Of a stretch of DNA of 64,000 nucleotides, positions 49,329-60,610 are shown piece after piece. The notes beneath the pieces were generated by a model. That model was given only the letters and a program-made list of their open reading frames with translations, searched no databases and had not been told where the DNA came from. Position numbers and translations under genes: made by a program. The stretch comes from Curvularia clavata (lineage: Eukaryota). The stretch spans positions 1,364,001 through 1,428,000 of the forward strand of contig CP089278.1 of NCBI GenBank assembly GCA_023920165.1, in the 5' to 3' direction. Each line of letters begins with the position of its first letter. The first letter of the stretch is position 1.

Positions 49329-50651
49329 TTAGATGCGAGGCGTCTTCCAATCCCTTACCTCCTGCATCGGGCCCTCATCAAACCCCGCACGCTCCATCAG
49401 CTTGGTAAAAGTGGTGTGTCCCGAATCAGCCGTAAAGCGGTTCGCACCTCTCATTCCAGGAGCTTTGGGGGGCTGTAGGAAGCCAGAATCATTGTTGTGG
49501 TTCGCAGGATATACGCCCACGCTCCCAGTTGGCATCAAAACATCAATCGTCTCTGAACTCTCTGTACGCATAGCACCTGAGCGACCTTGTGGATAATGAG
49601 GCTGGACATGTGACGGTATAGCACTGGTGCGTCTTGAACTCGTGCGCCGTTCCGAATGAATGCGTTTAGGTTTTGGCGGAGGAGTTTGGTAAGGATCGTT
49701 ATAAGGGTTTCCAGCGCGAACAGCAGGAGGCGCGGGATTTGCAGGCAAACCAAAGCCAAAGTTGAGCTTAGGGGTGCGCTCCCACATACTTTTGATTCTC
49801 GGTGTAAAGCCGTGAACGATGGTGTTGTTGTTGGTTTCCTTCATGCCCTGGGCGATCCTGTTGATAGAGTTTGGAGAGGAGGCTGCAGAGCGGCTCCCTC
49901 TGCGCATAAAATCCGTGCGTGCGGCGAGCTGGGGATCGTAGATTGGATCGCTGATTTGACGTGCAACATGGCCGAAGTCACCTGAGTATCGGTTTTTCTC
50001 ATGCGATTCGCGGCGCTTTCGGATGACCCAGAGGAGAGCAAGGGTGCTCAGGGCACCGATGACGAGGCCGGGGAAGAATCCTGTAACAAAGGAACGGCCA
50101 TCGAAAGAAGACTTTGTTTCCACGGGAACAGATTTCGGGCAGTCTGAGGCCTGGGACGCGGAGGTAGGGCTAGTGGGTGTGGTGGGTGAAGGCGTTGCGG
50201 TGGATGGACTAGATGGGGATGGTGTTGGAGAAGTGTCTTTGGCGCACATGCTGCCTTGACATGTGTAGCCGAGAGAGCAGCACTTGTCACCGCATTTTGG
50301 TAGTTCGATACCATTTGTCTCGGAGAGGTGCATCTGGTTGTCTGGATGCAGGGTTGCGTTGAGCTGAGTGACATCGCAGGTGGTTGGTTGGATGTAAGAG
50401 CAATCTGAGCCGGCTGGACAGCAGATGACAGATTTAACGGAGCCGCTGTTGAGGCCCATGCAAGTAGAAGACTTGGGGCAGCAGAAGGAAGAGGGAAAAT
50501 CGCTTCCGCATTGTTGAAGATCTGTGTTCCCTCCACATGTCTCTGCTTCTCGGAGGAAGAGAGCGGATGCTTGTGTAGTTGTGATGAACAAAGTGAAGAG
50601 GAACAGGATGGATATCCGTGATAGCCTTGGAAACGGTGTGACTGGAGCCAT
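49329..50651 (-). CDS. Single-pass membrane protein, Mid2/Wsc-like architecture with Cys-rich ectodomain
   Basis: Signal peptide, Cys-rich modules (CG..CCP...C), S/T/P linker, TM GFFPGLVIGALSTLALLWVI followed by RKRR, and a cytoplasmic tail with ISDPIY. Confidence 0.85.
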   Translation of the reverse strand: MAPVTPFPRLSRISILFLFTLFITTTQASALFLREAETCGGNTDLQQCGSDFPSSFCCPKSSTCMGLNSGSVKSVICCPAGSDCSYIQPTTCDVTQLNATLHPDNQMHLSETNGIELPKCGDKCCSLGYTCQGSMCAKDTSPTPSPSSPSTATPSPTTPTSPTSASQASDCPKSVPVETKSSFDGRSFVTGFFPGLVIGALSTLALLWVIRKRRESHEKNRYSGDFGHVARQISDPIYDPQLAARTDFMRRGSRSAASSPNSINRIAQGMKETNNNTIVHGFTPRIKSMWERTPKLNFGFGLPANPAPPAVRAGNPYNDPYQTPPPKPKRIHSERRTSSRRTSAIPSHVQPHYPQGRSGAMRTESSETIDVLMPTGSVGVYPANHNNDSGFLQPPKAPGMRGANRFTADSGHTTFTKLMERAGFDEGPMQEVRDWKTPRI

Positions 50652-51220
50652 TGTACTGGTAATAGGAAGGGTATGTTGGGTTTATTATAGTGAAGAGGTC
50701 GGACCGGCGACACTCGATAACGTGACTTGGAACGAAACAAGACAGCTACGAGACAAACAAGCTGAGAAACATATAGAAAAGGCGATGCACGAAACAAATG
50801 AAGCAGACAAACGATTGACACGTCCTACCTTGGATATATTTACCAGCAAAAAACTAAAGACGCATGAGCCGCATGTGACGCTGGCCCGCAGCCGGCCATG
50901 TTCTGCAAATAGAGCATTCGAGGCGCCGAGTGGACAACAGGCACTGTATGGCTGGCAAGACAGCTGTACAGTCTCGCTAGTAGCGTCGGCAGTGGCAGGC
51001 GGCTCTCTAGGTCGTGTGGCTCTGCGTTGGCCAGCAGTTAAGTGGATGAAACGGAATGCGGGCGCTTGCAGTTTTGGAGTTTTGAATGGGCGCAGCGAGG
51101 ACGCGTCGTGATTGGACGGCGGGGTTAGCGTGAATCCCGCAAGGCTCGGGAAAAAGATGAACTTGGAGAACGACTTGGGTCCGACAATTCGATCGCTCGC
51201 CCGGTTAATCCACACATATC

Positions 51221-52250
51221 ATGATTGCACGGTGTTTGGCCCGGCGGCCGGGTGCCTTTCAGTCTGCGACTGGGGCCTGGAGGGTATGTCTGGCGCTGCT
51301 GCTGGTGACGGAGGTGGTTGTGGTGATTTTGTCGCAGTGGGAAACTGACGCTGAATAGAGAATACCATCTTTCGCCCGCAGCATATACACCGTCCCTACC
51401 CTTGACAACCATGTGGAAATACAGCAGAAGGGCATTCCACGGCTCTTCACCCCGCAGGGCTTCAAGACGGCGTATACCGACTACCAGCAACACATGATTG
51501 ATGAACTGAACACTATGACAGACGGTACGCCATGAGCCATTGCGAAACAAGGCGGAGGCTGAGACTGATCCTGCGAATGTAGGCCAAGGGTACGAGAACC
51601 AAGAGCCAAAGTCGCTCGTCATTGAATTCGCCCGCGACCCGACCAAAGCATATGCCTTCAACGTTGCCAGCATGGCCTTCAACAACCACTTCTTCTTCCG
51701 TGGTATCAACGCAAATCCGGATGTGCAATCGCAGCCATCCAAGGCGCTTCAGATGCAGATCAACAAGGACTTTTCGTCCATGGATACACTACGCGAGACA
51801 TTCCTTGCGACAGCAGAGGCCATGTTCGGGCCTGGTTTTGTCTGGCTGGTGCAGACCGACGACTCAACCTTTGGCAGTCTGCGTATTCTGCCCACCTACC
51901 TCGCTGGATCGCCGCTTTCGGGAGCCCACTACAGGCGACAGTCGCACGACCTGAACACACATAATGTAGACTCGCATCAAGCGCTCAACAAGGTTGGAGC
52001 GTTTGGGGCCTCGGCGAACCAGAATCAAGGGCCTAAGAAGCCGTTGGGCGGTGTTGATGTTGTACCGTTGCTGTGTGTGAATACCTGGGAGCATGTCTGG
52101 CTGCAGGACTATGGTGTACGGGGGAAGAGGCAGTTCCTTGAGGCATGGTGGGACAGGATCGACTGGAACATGGTGGAGCAATACACAACGCTGTCGCCCA
52201 GAAATGGCCAGGGTAGGCAGCAGTGGAACTTTGAGGGGTTTGATTCATAA
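51221..52250 (+). CDS. Fe/Mn-SOD-fold mitochondrial small-subunit ribosomal protein (Rsm26/Mrp1 type; mS42/mS43)
   Basis: Three exons (introns 51284..51358 and 51525..51582). Arg-rich presequence MIARCLARRPGAFQS; FNVASMAFNNHFFF, FGPGFVWLV, TYLAGSP and VNTWEHVWLQDYG (SOD ligand Asp replaced by Asn). Confidence 0.85.
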
Positions 52251-53434
52251 CCCAGCTGCTGTACACTGCATGTAGATTATGTATAAGATGTGTTGAAACA
52301 CAGTGCCACAAGGTAGGGTATTGCGTGCACAGAATATGGACAAGGCATTAGATAGTCCAGATGTATTACGCCGGAACACCCCTCAAAAAAGATTGCCGTT
52401 TGACTGCAGACCAATTGTCTAATGCCTTTTTGCTGGGCAACTAGTCGTTTCCTAAAGCAGGCAGAATGTTCCTTTGGTGCGCGGCACTCGTTCTTCGTAT
52501 CTTCTTCCCTCGCCACTGCCGCTATCCGATTTCTCGCCAGGCTGTGCACCCATGCATGCATCCCGAGCGCCTTCTCACGTCCGCAATCCTGCGCACTACG
52601 TACATATGAGAGTGAGCGATACGAAATGCAGCGCACACCTGATTCGACCTCTAGCACAGCAAACAACGCAAACACCAGGGCCGGGGCTGGGAACAGCCTG
52701 ACTACGGTCCTCACCGGACACACACCCACGCCACTGGTACGAGTGCATCATGCAGGGAGCTCAAGGCAGATCCAACAGAGTACACACGCTTGTGTCCGTA
52801 TACTCGTGTATCGCCCCAGCTTGAGGCTCAAAGGTCATCAGGTGGCCATTCTTATCCGCACAGCCGGCGTCATCCTATACGCCACACGATTGGCGCCGCT
52901 TCGGGTGAACTACGAAAATGCAAACCTTCAATATCCACGGCGCGAAGAGTCTAGTCCCTGAAGATCCTCACGTATGTACCGAAGACTACGCTCAGTCGAG
53001 TTTTGCTTTTGCAGAAATAGCACAAAATGACACTTGGAAGTCATTCATCACCAACTATGGTATGACGAGAGTGCACAGCCTCACGGTACCCATGACATGC
53101 ATGTACCGCGTTGTGCTGATTTTTCGCCGAGCCCTTGGAAAACGTTTGCATGGATGCAGCGGTTCGCGTGTTTGCACCCTTCAGCCGTGAGTTTGGACCA
53201 ATCAACCTGCTGTGATCTTCGCCGGATTTGGTCGTCGGTCAGAGAGCCCTGCACTAGAAGCTATACTATGACCTCACATAAACTAGGAGCACTGGTTAGC
53301 TAGGGACACTTTGATACATGTCAAACCACTTTGCCTGAGATACCCGCCGTCCAAGGCTCCACTTTAACACTCAAATTGCCACGCCTTCTTTTACTTCAAT
53401 TCTTGGAGACTCATCTCTCAAGTTCCTTGTGAGC

Positions 53435-56127
53435 ATGGCAGTACTTGCAGCTATTTTACCGGTGGTTTCAAGGAGTTCGGCTCTTGCGCTCGAGCTGTTC
53501 AAGACGGCCGCGGCATGTCCTGAGGCTGCCAAAGAGCTGGTCGAGGTTGCAAATAAGATCAATGGGTTTGCGAGCATTCTCAAGCAAGTCGGAACTATCA
53601 TCAAAGAGGACGATCGGTTGCCATCACCAGAGGTAAGTCAAGATTCTGTTCAAGGCTGTGCTTCAAGGGTCCTGGTCACATGATATCCGGGCATCCGGCG
53701 AAGCAGTTGGAAAGCACCTCCATAATGTATATCGCGAGTGCGATATCAAGGAGCGGAAGCGGCTGTTTAGGAAAGGGTTCCAGGGCGAGAAAGGCAAACT
53801 TCACTTGCCAGTGGTGATGCTAACATTGCACAGGCGTTTGACGCGTTAGATGATGTGATTGAACAATCGCAGAATGTTATGAGCAGCTTTGAATCGGCTA
53901 CGTCGACTGGAGAAGCCCAAAACAATGGCCGAAGAGATAGTGCTCGCTCTGTCGAGAGCAACCAACCGCAACTGGACGCATCCATAACGGCAAGACTGAC
54001 CTATCTCATGGCGCATCTTGAAGCCCTGAGCACGACTTTATCAGTGCTACTTCAAACTCTGTATACTGCGCAGAGTGTCATGTGGTCGAGGTAAGTCAAC
54101 TTTCTTTAATCAAAAGTGCCGGAGATTTTAATTGGCTTCTCGCTCCCGGAGCAGCAGCTACTTTTTTTTATTCGAACAGGGATGGACGTGTCGAAATCTC
54201 TTGGGGAGACCTGACTGACAACGTCAACAGGCTTCGGCCTACAGTATCGCCACAGCAAGCCGCTAAGGTTGTCGACAACGAAAAAACTCAGCTCGAGACA
54301 CTCATCATCCAACAGCAACTGTCGATTCTTTCTGCTAGAAAAATCTTTGAACAATCGCCATGGTCAGATGCGCGTTTGATAACTGAAGAAGATTACTCAC
54401 AAAGTTTGGTATTACCGGAGCGAGGCAAATCGCCTAAACCATCCAATCTGCACCCATACCGACATCAAGAATTGTCTACGCTCGAAACTTTAGAAGAAAT
54501 AGAAGCCAACAGATTATCGTCCATATGCAGGATCTCAAGACCACATGCTGAGTACCTACTGGATCGATGGACAAGCCTACCCCAATTTGAGAGGCGCCTT
54601 CAGGAAGAAGAGTTGGAACAACGGAAGCAGAGGCAACAAGGTCAGCAAGCTACTGTCGAGTCCGATAGCGAAGAAGAAGAGAGACAAAGAGCCAAGGTCA
54701 CAAGAGATGGTGCGCAACGATCGAGTGAAACAGGCACACAGCCGCTATTTACAGAGAACAATTTACCCAGCCCAGAGTTGGAGAAGCATTTCGGCCCCCC
54801 AGCACCACCGACTCCAGCTGACACACCCCACACGTCTCACGCAAGTCTTTCGTCTACTTCCCCAAGGACAAGCATAGGAAGTCTCCCTGTTGAAGCTGCC
54901 GCTGCTGTGGAAGCCAAGGAAGAAGATGCCGAGCTAGATCTTGAGATACCGTGGAAACTATGCACACGCAAATACTATTGGCGGTTTGTCGATGCAAAGC
55001 AGGTCGGTTCAAATACTGACCAAGCACCCTCGACTGCCTTTTTGGAGCGTAGTAGCTGGACTGAGATCATGGCGAGCTGGGTGTGCAAAGAAGCTATTCA
55101 GGAAGCGCGACTGCCATTCACTCAAGTACAAAAGGAAAAGAAAGACAGCAGGAGAACGAGATTCGAGACCTGTTTCTGCATTGAGCGCCCGCTACAATTT
55201 GACCAAGTCAAGCGACTTGTGGAACGAACAGTTGAGATATATCGAAAGAATGCACCGCCCACCCCACCATCCGAACCCAAGCCTAGGACATCGTCCTTCC
55301 ACCGGCAGCCACCACCACCATCATCCAGCGCCCAGAAAGGCAAGCCGGTTGACCGAGATCGCACACCGATAGCCCGAAATACGCACCCGCCGCTTCATCG
55401 CGCCAGCAGCTCCATGAACTTTCCTCCACCACCTCCCCCTCCCCCTTCGGGACCACCATCTCTGGATCGCTCAATGTCCATGCCAGGCCCAGCTCTTGTT
55501 CCCCCAAAGCCACAACCAAACAATATTCCGCGCTCACCGAATCTGCAAATCCCGATACCCCCACACCAACAATATAGCCAGCATCATCCAACACAGTTCC
55601 AGGCTCCTCGACTTCCAATGCATTCCCCGCAAACAAACGGCTACCCATCCCAACCGACAAACACCGGTGTTCCACCCTACTATCCGCAATCACCAGCACA
55701 AAACGTACCGCACCCATACTCCGCCACGGCTCCGCCAATGTCTCCACGCGCACCGCACCTGCATGCCTCAAACTCAGCCTACAACATGAACTACAACTAC
55801 AACAACAGCAGCAGTAGCAGCCACCCCATGCAAGCCTCCCCCCTCCGCACATCCTACCTGAGCAACCCTCCACCTAGCTATCCCGGATCACTCTCTTCCA
55901 CCTCAAACCGACGCTACGACGACGACCTAACGACCTCAGACTCGGAGTCTGAACGACCGCGGCGTAGCAGGAGGGAAAGAGAGAGGAGCAGAGCCAGGTA
56001 CACGGATCGATATGGAGACAATGGAAAGTATGGGAAGAAGAGTAATCATGTGGGGAGAAAGGCGGCGGGCACGCTGTTGGGTGTGGGTGGTTTGACGGCT
56101 TTGTTGGATGGGCTTAGTGGGCTTTAG
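53435..56127 (+). CDS. Protein with HeLo-like (fungal STAND N-terminal-type) domain, central conserved domain and Pro-rich tail
   Basis: Three exons (introns about 53633..53833 and 54091..54230). N-terminus MAVLAAILPVVSRSSALALELF...AAKELVEVANKINGFASILKQVG; central WTEIMASWVCKEAI...FCIERPLQFDQVKRLVERT. Confidence 0.75.
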
Positions 56128-56736
56128 GGAAGGGGCTTGGGTTGGAGTTATGATTATGATTATGATGTAATGAGATACCTACGTATACATGTATTTATGT
56201 TGAGAGTAATTCAAACAATCCTTTAGTAGACAGACATGTGCATATATGCATACGTGCGTAGGCGGTATACTCATCCCAAAATCACCACCTGCTTTTGCTG
56301 CTGCGAGAGAGAGCGAGAAGCGAAAAAAGAAAAGGGAAAGACAGCACACGTGAATCTCTAACTGCATACATTCGCTCACAATCTATCTATCTGCTGACTG
56401 TCCTCACATAACCCGTTGATTATTGCTTTGTTTGAAAAAAACCCCTCCTTGCTTGCTATCCTCCTTATGCAAACCCGGCCCGTCTGCGACCTTGGTCCGA
56501 ATATTCCTGATGACACAGCGTTGGCACCAAAAGGAAAAGAAGAACACATATCCCTACACCGATTTTGCACAGTAACCAGACCCAACCAAAAGCGCCATGC
56601 TACTCTTTGTGTAAACCGGCAAAGCACAAACAGATGTTTATAATACACGTGATACCCCATCCGAGCGAAAGAATAAGATGACCAGGAACCAAGATAAACA
56701 ATTAAAGACAGACAAAAGAGAGCTGGGGCAACGCAA

Positions 56737-59270
56737 TCAAGCCACTCTCGGCAAAGCCGGCAGGGCATTAGCATCCCATTTTGCCGCCTGATTGCGTGCA
56801 CCAGCATCCAGCATTGTCTCATCCTCTGTATCATCGTCACTGACATCCTCGGGCTCATCCACATCCATCATATCCTCCGCCTCGTCGTCTTCTTCATCCC
56901 CACTCTCCAGGATACCACTCTTCGCCGCCGCACCAGCACCGGCAGCCAACGGGTTAGCGTTATTTTCTCCCTTTGGTCTGCGAGCTCGAGGCGCGGATTT
57001 TCCTTCTTCCCAGCGCTCGAGGCGGCGAAGGGCTCGACTCAGCATTTTGGCGCGGTAATAGGATTCCTCGCCGTGGTCGTTTGTTTCGCCGCCAAAGTCG
57101 AGGGGAACGAGGCCTGAGGGCATGGGCGGTGGTGTTTTGGTGCCGCCACCTCCGCCCGTGGCGGGATAGTCGGCATCTATGATACCGTTGGATGAGCCGA
57201 ATTGTGCGTAGCATTCTTCGTCGGTGTCGTAGTCGTCGGCCATGCCCTTGCATCGGATCCAGCTACGGATGAAAGAGTTGGTCTTGCGGCGGCGCTTGGC
57301 TGCTGCCTTGTACTCGATGCGGATGCCGCGGTCGAGGATGACGTCGACGCGGCGACGGCGATATTGTTCTACGGCCAGTTGGTGTTGGGTCAGCGGCCGG
57401 GTGCGCTTGTGCGACGGATCAGAGCCATTCAACGGCAGGTAGAAGCCGTGAGGACCGTTGAAGGTCGGGGCTGATGTCGAGGGCGATTGCCCATCTTGTG
57501 AATTTGTTGCATCGAGTTTGGCTTTGAAGCTGCGGGCAGGACCGCCACTGGCTCCAATACCAGATTGCCTACTACGGGACCAGTTACCCCGGCCAGGACC
57601 CTTGGGCGCAGGGGATGCCGATGTGGGCCCGTCTTCGTTGAGGAGTGTATTTATACGCATGTTGGGTGTAGCCAACTTCTTAGCTGTATTGTAGACGCTG
57701 TTCGGTGGTGACGCTGAGCGGGTACGGTCAGTATCCGAGGGGTAGTCTCGTTCAATCAGTGATTTCGCAAGCTTGCCACGTCCCCGTGCAGAGCCTATTG
57801 TTTGTAAGTTGAGGCCATCTCAAGCCAATACGCTCTGAGGCTTACCGTGTGATGGTGACTGCCGATCCCTTCCAGGTGTCGAGGCACCATCGTCTGCAGC
57901 GATCGAAAAGACGGGATTTTGGTTGAAACCTATGGTAAAGTCAGGGCTGTTTGGCGTTGTGCAGGGTAAATCATGGCCACTCACCCTTCTTGTTCGTACG
58001 CTTGGGGCCGGTCACGACAGGCGCCATATCACTTGCGAGAATCGCAGTTCTCTCCTTTCGCTTAACCTCACCAAATGCCTGCTCGTCAGGCGTATCGACA
58101 TTCTCCAAGGCCTCTTGTTCAGGGGTGAGAATCTCGAACGGCGGGCACTTGATGGGAAACTCGGCCGTAGTTGGGTCGTCTGCCGGTCCAAACTGTCCGG
58201 GACCGAAAGGATTACCCTCAGCGGCTTGCTTGGTAAAATCGCTTTCCAAGTACCACCACATGAGCCATAAAAACGCTGTGGCTCTGCTCTTGCTGCTCAG
58301 ATTTGAACGCATGACGAGGTCAAAGAAGTCGCGTGGCGGGAAGAAGTGTAGCTCTGAGATCTTGGGCGCGTACTGCGAGAGGACGAAGATGAGGTTTACG
58401 GGATTGGTGCGTGGAACTGGGGCAGCCATGATTTCCTCAATGGTACTAGGTTGTTCCTGGTCTTCGGTGGCCCCCTTGAGGATAGATTTCAGGCGTGGCG
58501 CATCTTGTAATTGCTTGTAGGCGTTGGGGTCTTGGTGCGCTTGGAGAGAAGGGATCGAATGGTATGTTCGCAGTTGGGCGCGCATCTCCGGGAAGACTGT
58601 CCAAGGTTAGATGGGTGGTCGCGAGAGGGGCTTCTTGTTTCTCACAGTTTAGGGTTGTGTTCATGCGCCCGACGTTGACCAGCAGACAAACCATGGCCAT
58701 GTTGATTGCGGCTGGGCGCTCTGTTAATAGCTTGTCTTTGAGAATCTTGCTGCATTTGCTGCTTTTTGCCATGGCATCGAGGTAGATGTCAGCAAACGTG
58801 TGTCCGCTGGTCGAGTCTGACTGTTTCGTGAAGACGCGCTTGTCATCCTCGAAGACGAGCTTGAGGAAGTCGTACTGGATATCTTTGCGCCACAAAGGTA
58901 TGCCATCGTCCTTTTTCAAATGCTTGATCTTGTTGCCACTGTAAACAGACGACACACTCCCGTTTGCATTGCGTCGAGTGGTGGTGGTGGTGGCTGTATA
59001 ATGTGGTCGCGCAGGGTCGTTTTCGGTGGCAGGCTTGGAAGCTTCGGGCGCATCACCACCCGCCTCGCTTTCTTCAGGGGCAGGCGTGTTCCCTTGCGAG
59101 GGCGAAGGCTTGGGGTCGTCCATTTGTGGATCGGCGGCCAGAATGTGTCGCAAGCTGTTGCGTGAGTCGGGCTCTTCGATGCGAGGGGGCTGTGGTGCAG
59201 AGGTCGGGGCGGAGGCCGTAGTAGTGGTAACAGCAGGAGCAGCGGGAGCAGCAGCGGGCGTGTCAGCCAT
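56737..59270 (-). CDS. IES1: INO80 complex subunit Ies1
   Basis: Four exons. IKHLKKDDGIPLWRKDIQYDFL, AMVCLLVNVGRMNTTLNFFPEMRAQLRTYHSIPSLQ, KQLQDAPRLKSILK and RATAFLWLMWWYLE. Confidence 0.92.
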
Positions 59271-59932
59271 GGCGAGAGCGCGATGACTGGGTACCAAGTC
59301 AATGCTGGGTGCGCCGGGGGATGCGATAGGATGGGAGGTCGAGAGGCCCTGGAATGGCCCTGGAACGCGCTGGAGCGTCGTAACCCGCGCGTCGGGTCAG
59401 GTCGTGTTGTATCGCTTGTATCGAATTGCGCCCACTGTAGGTAGGGGTCAGGCGAAGTAAGCAGAGGGGGAGAATATCGCAGGTCCAGCAGCGGCGGTAG
59501 CACGGCAATCGCGAAGATGGGAGCGCCATGGCAGCGACGAGCCATCGCACTGTCAGCCCGAGCTCTGACGCTAACGCTGCGGCTCCAGCCATGGGTACGC
59601 AATCGCATCGCGAACGCCCGCTCGGCTCCAGCCTCACATTGGGCCGACAAGGCTCCACTTCACCCAGGTTGACAAGAAACACTCTCTTTTCGTCCACACA
59701 ACTTCTGGTATATGTTTCACTATAACAACAAGAGGCTTTTGGTCCTGGCCCAGCAGTCCAGTCCATCGCGCCCAAACTATCAACTTGAATCCAATTCCAC
59801 GCCGCGCTGCGAGTCCAAACAGTGAAGAAGAATAACTAGGATATCTCAAACAAAATGAATCAAGAGCACATGTGAGGCTCAAACGCCCAAGCCGAAGCTA
59901 TGCTATTGCACCAAAAGACAGCTTGGCCTGCA

Positions 59933-59956
59933 GCAAGCAAGCAAGCAAGCAAGCAA
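59933..59956. repeat. (GCAA)6 microsatellite
   Basis: gcaagcaagcaagcaagcaagcaa between the RhoGAP 3' end and the Ies1 start. Confidence 0.9.
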
Positions 59957-60223
59957 GCTCGCCAAAAGAGAAAAAGAAAAGAAAGAATCATCCCCCTGAA
60001 CCAGTGGCATATCCAACCCCTATTGAATGAGAAGAAAAAAACGCCATGGAGTCGTCGAGTGAAAGTACCCATACTCACTAGTATCCAGGCCCTGTTTACA
60101 AATCATGAAGGATCCCAGTCTGGGATCCAGCATTAGAAATAAAATCAGAATAATAAAGAAATATTAGACAGAATCTTAGTAGATCATGATCTATCATCGT
60201 ATCGCTGTTTAACTGGGATTCGC

Positions 60224-60578
60224 TCAGTCAAATGCTGTCTCTTCTTGAACCATGAGAGGATTATGTTGGTAGTGTCCGCGATTGTTTGGTGGATTGGAAC
60301 CAGTAGATCCCTTGCGAGAGCCACCCATGTTCATGCCCATGTTCATGTTCATGTTCATGAGTAGCATCCCGCTCTCCCGCTTCCGTTGTCGCTGCTCTCG
60401 AGCATTCCCGGATTGTACAGCTCCGTTCAGGCTACCGTATCCCTCTCCAGATCGGTATGCTTGCTCATAAGCCGGAATCTCATAGCTAGGCCGCATTGGA
60501 ATAAAACCAGATTCGTAGCCGCTGTACTGCCCTTGCAGTTGCTGTTGTAGTGGTGGTGGTGGTTGTTGCTGTTGTTGC

Positions 60579-60610
<32 letters not shown>

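Noticed and set aside
51221..52250. Active Fe/Mn superoxide dismutase
   Set aside because: Metal ligands are incomplete (DxWEH is NTWEH and the N-terminal His motif is absent). The pattern fits the SOD-fold mitoribosomal protein.
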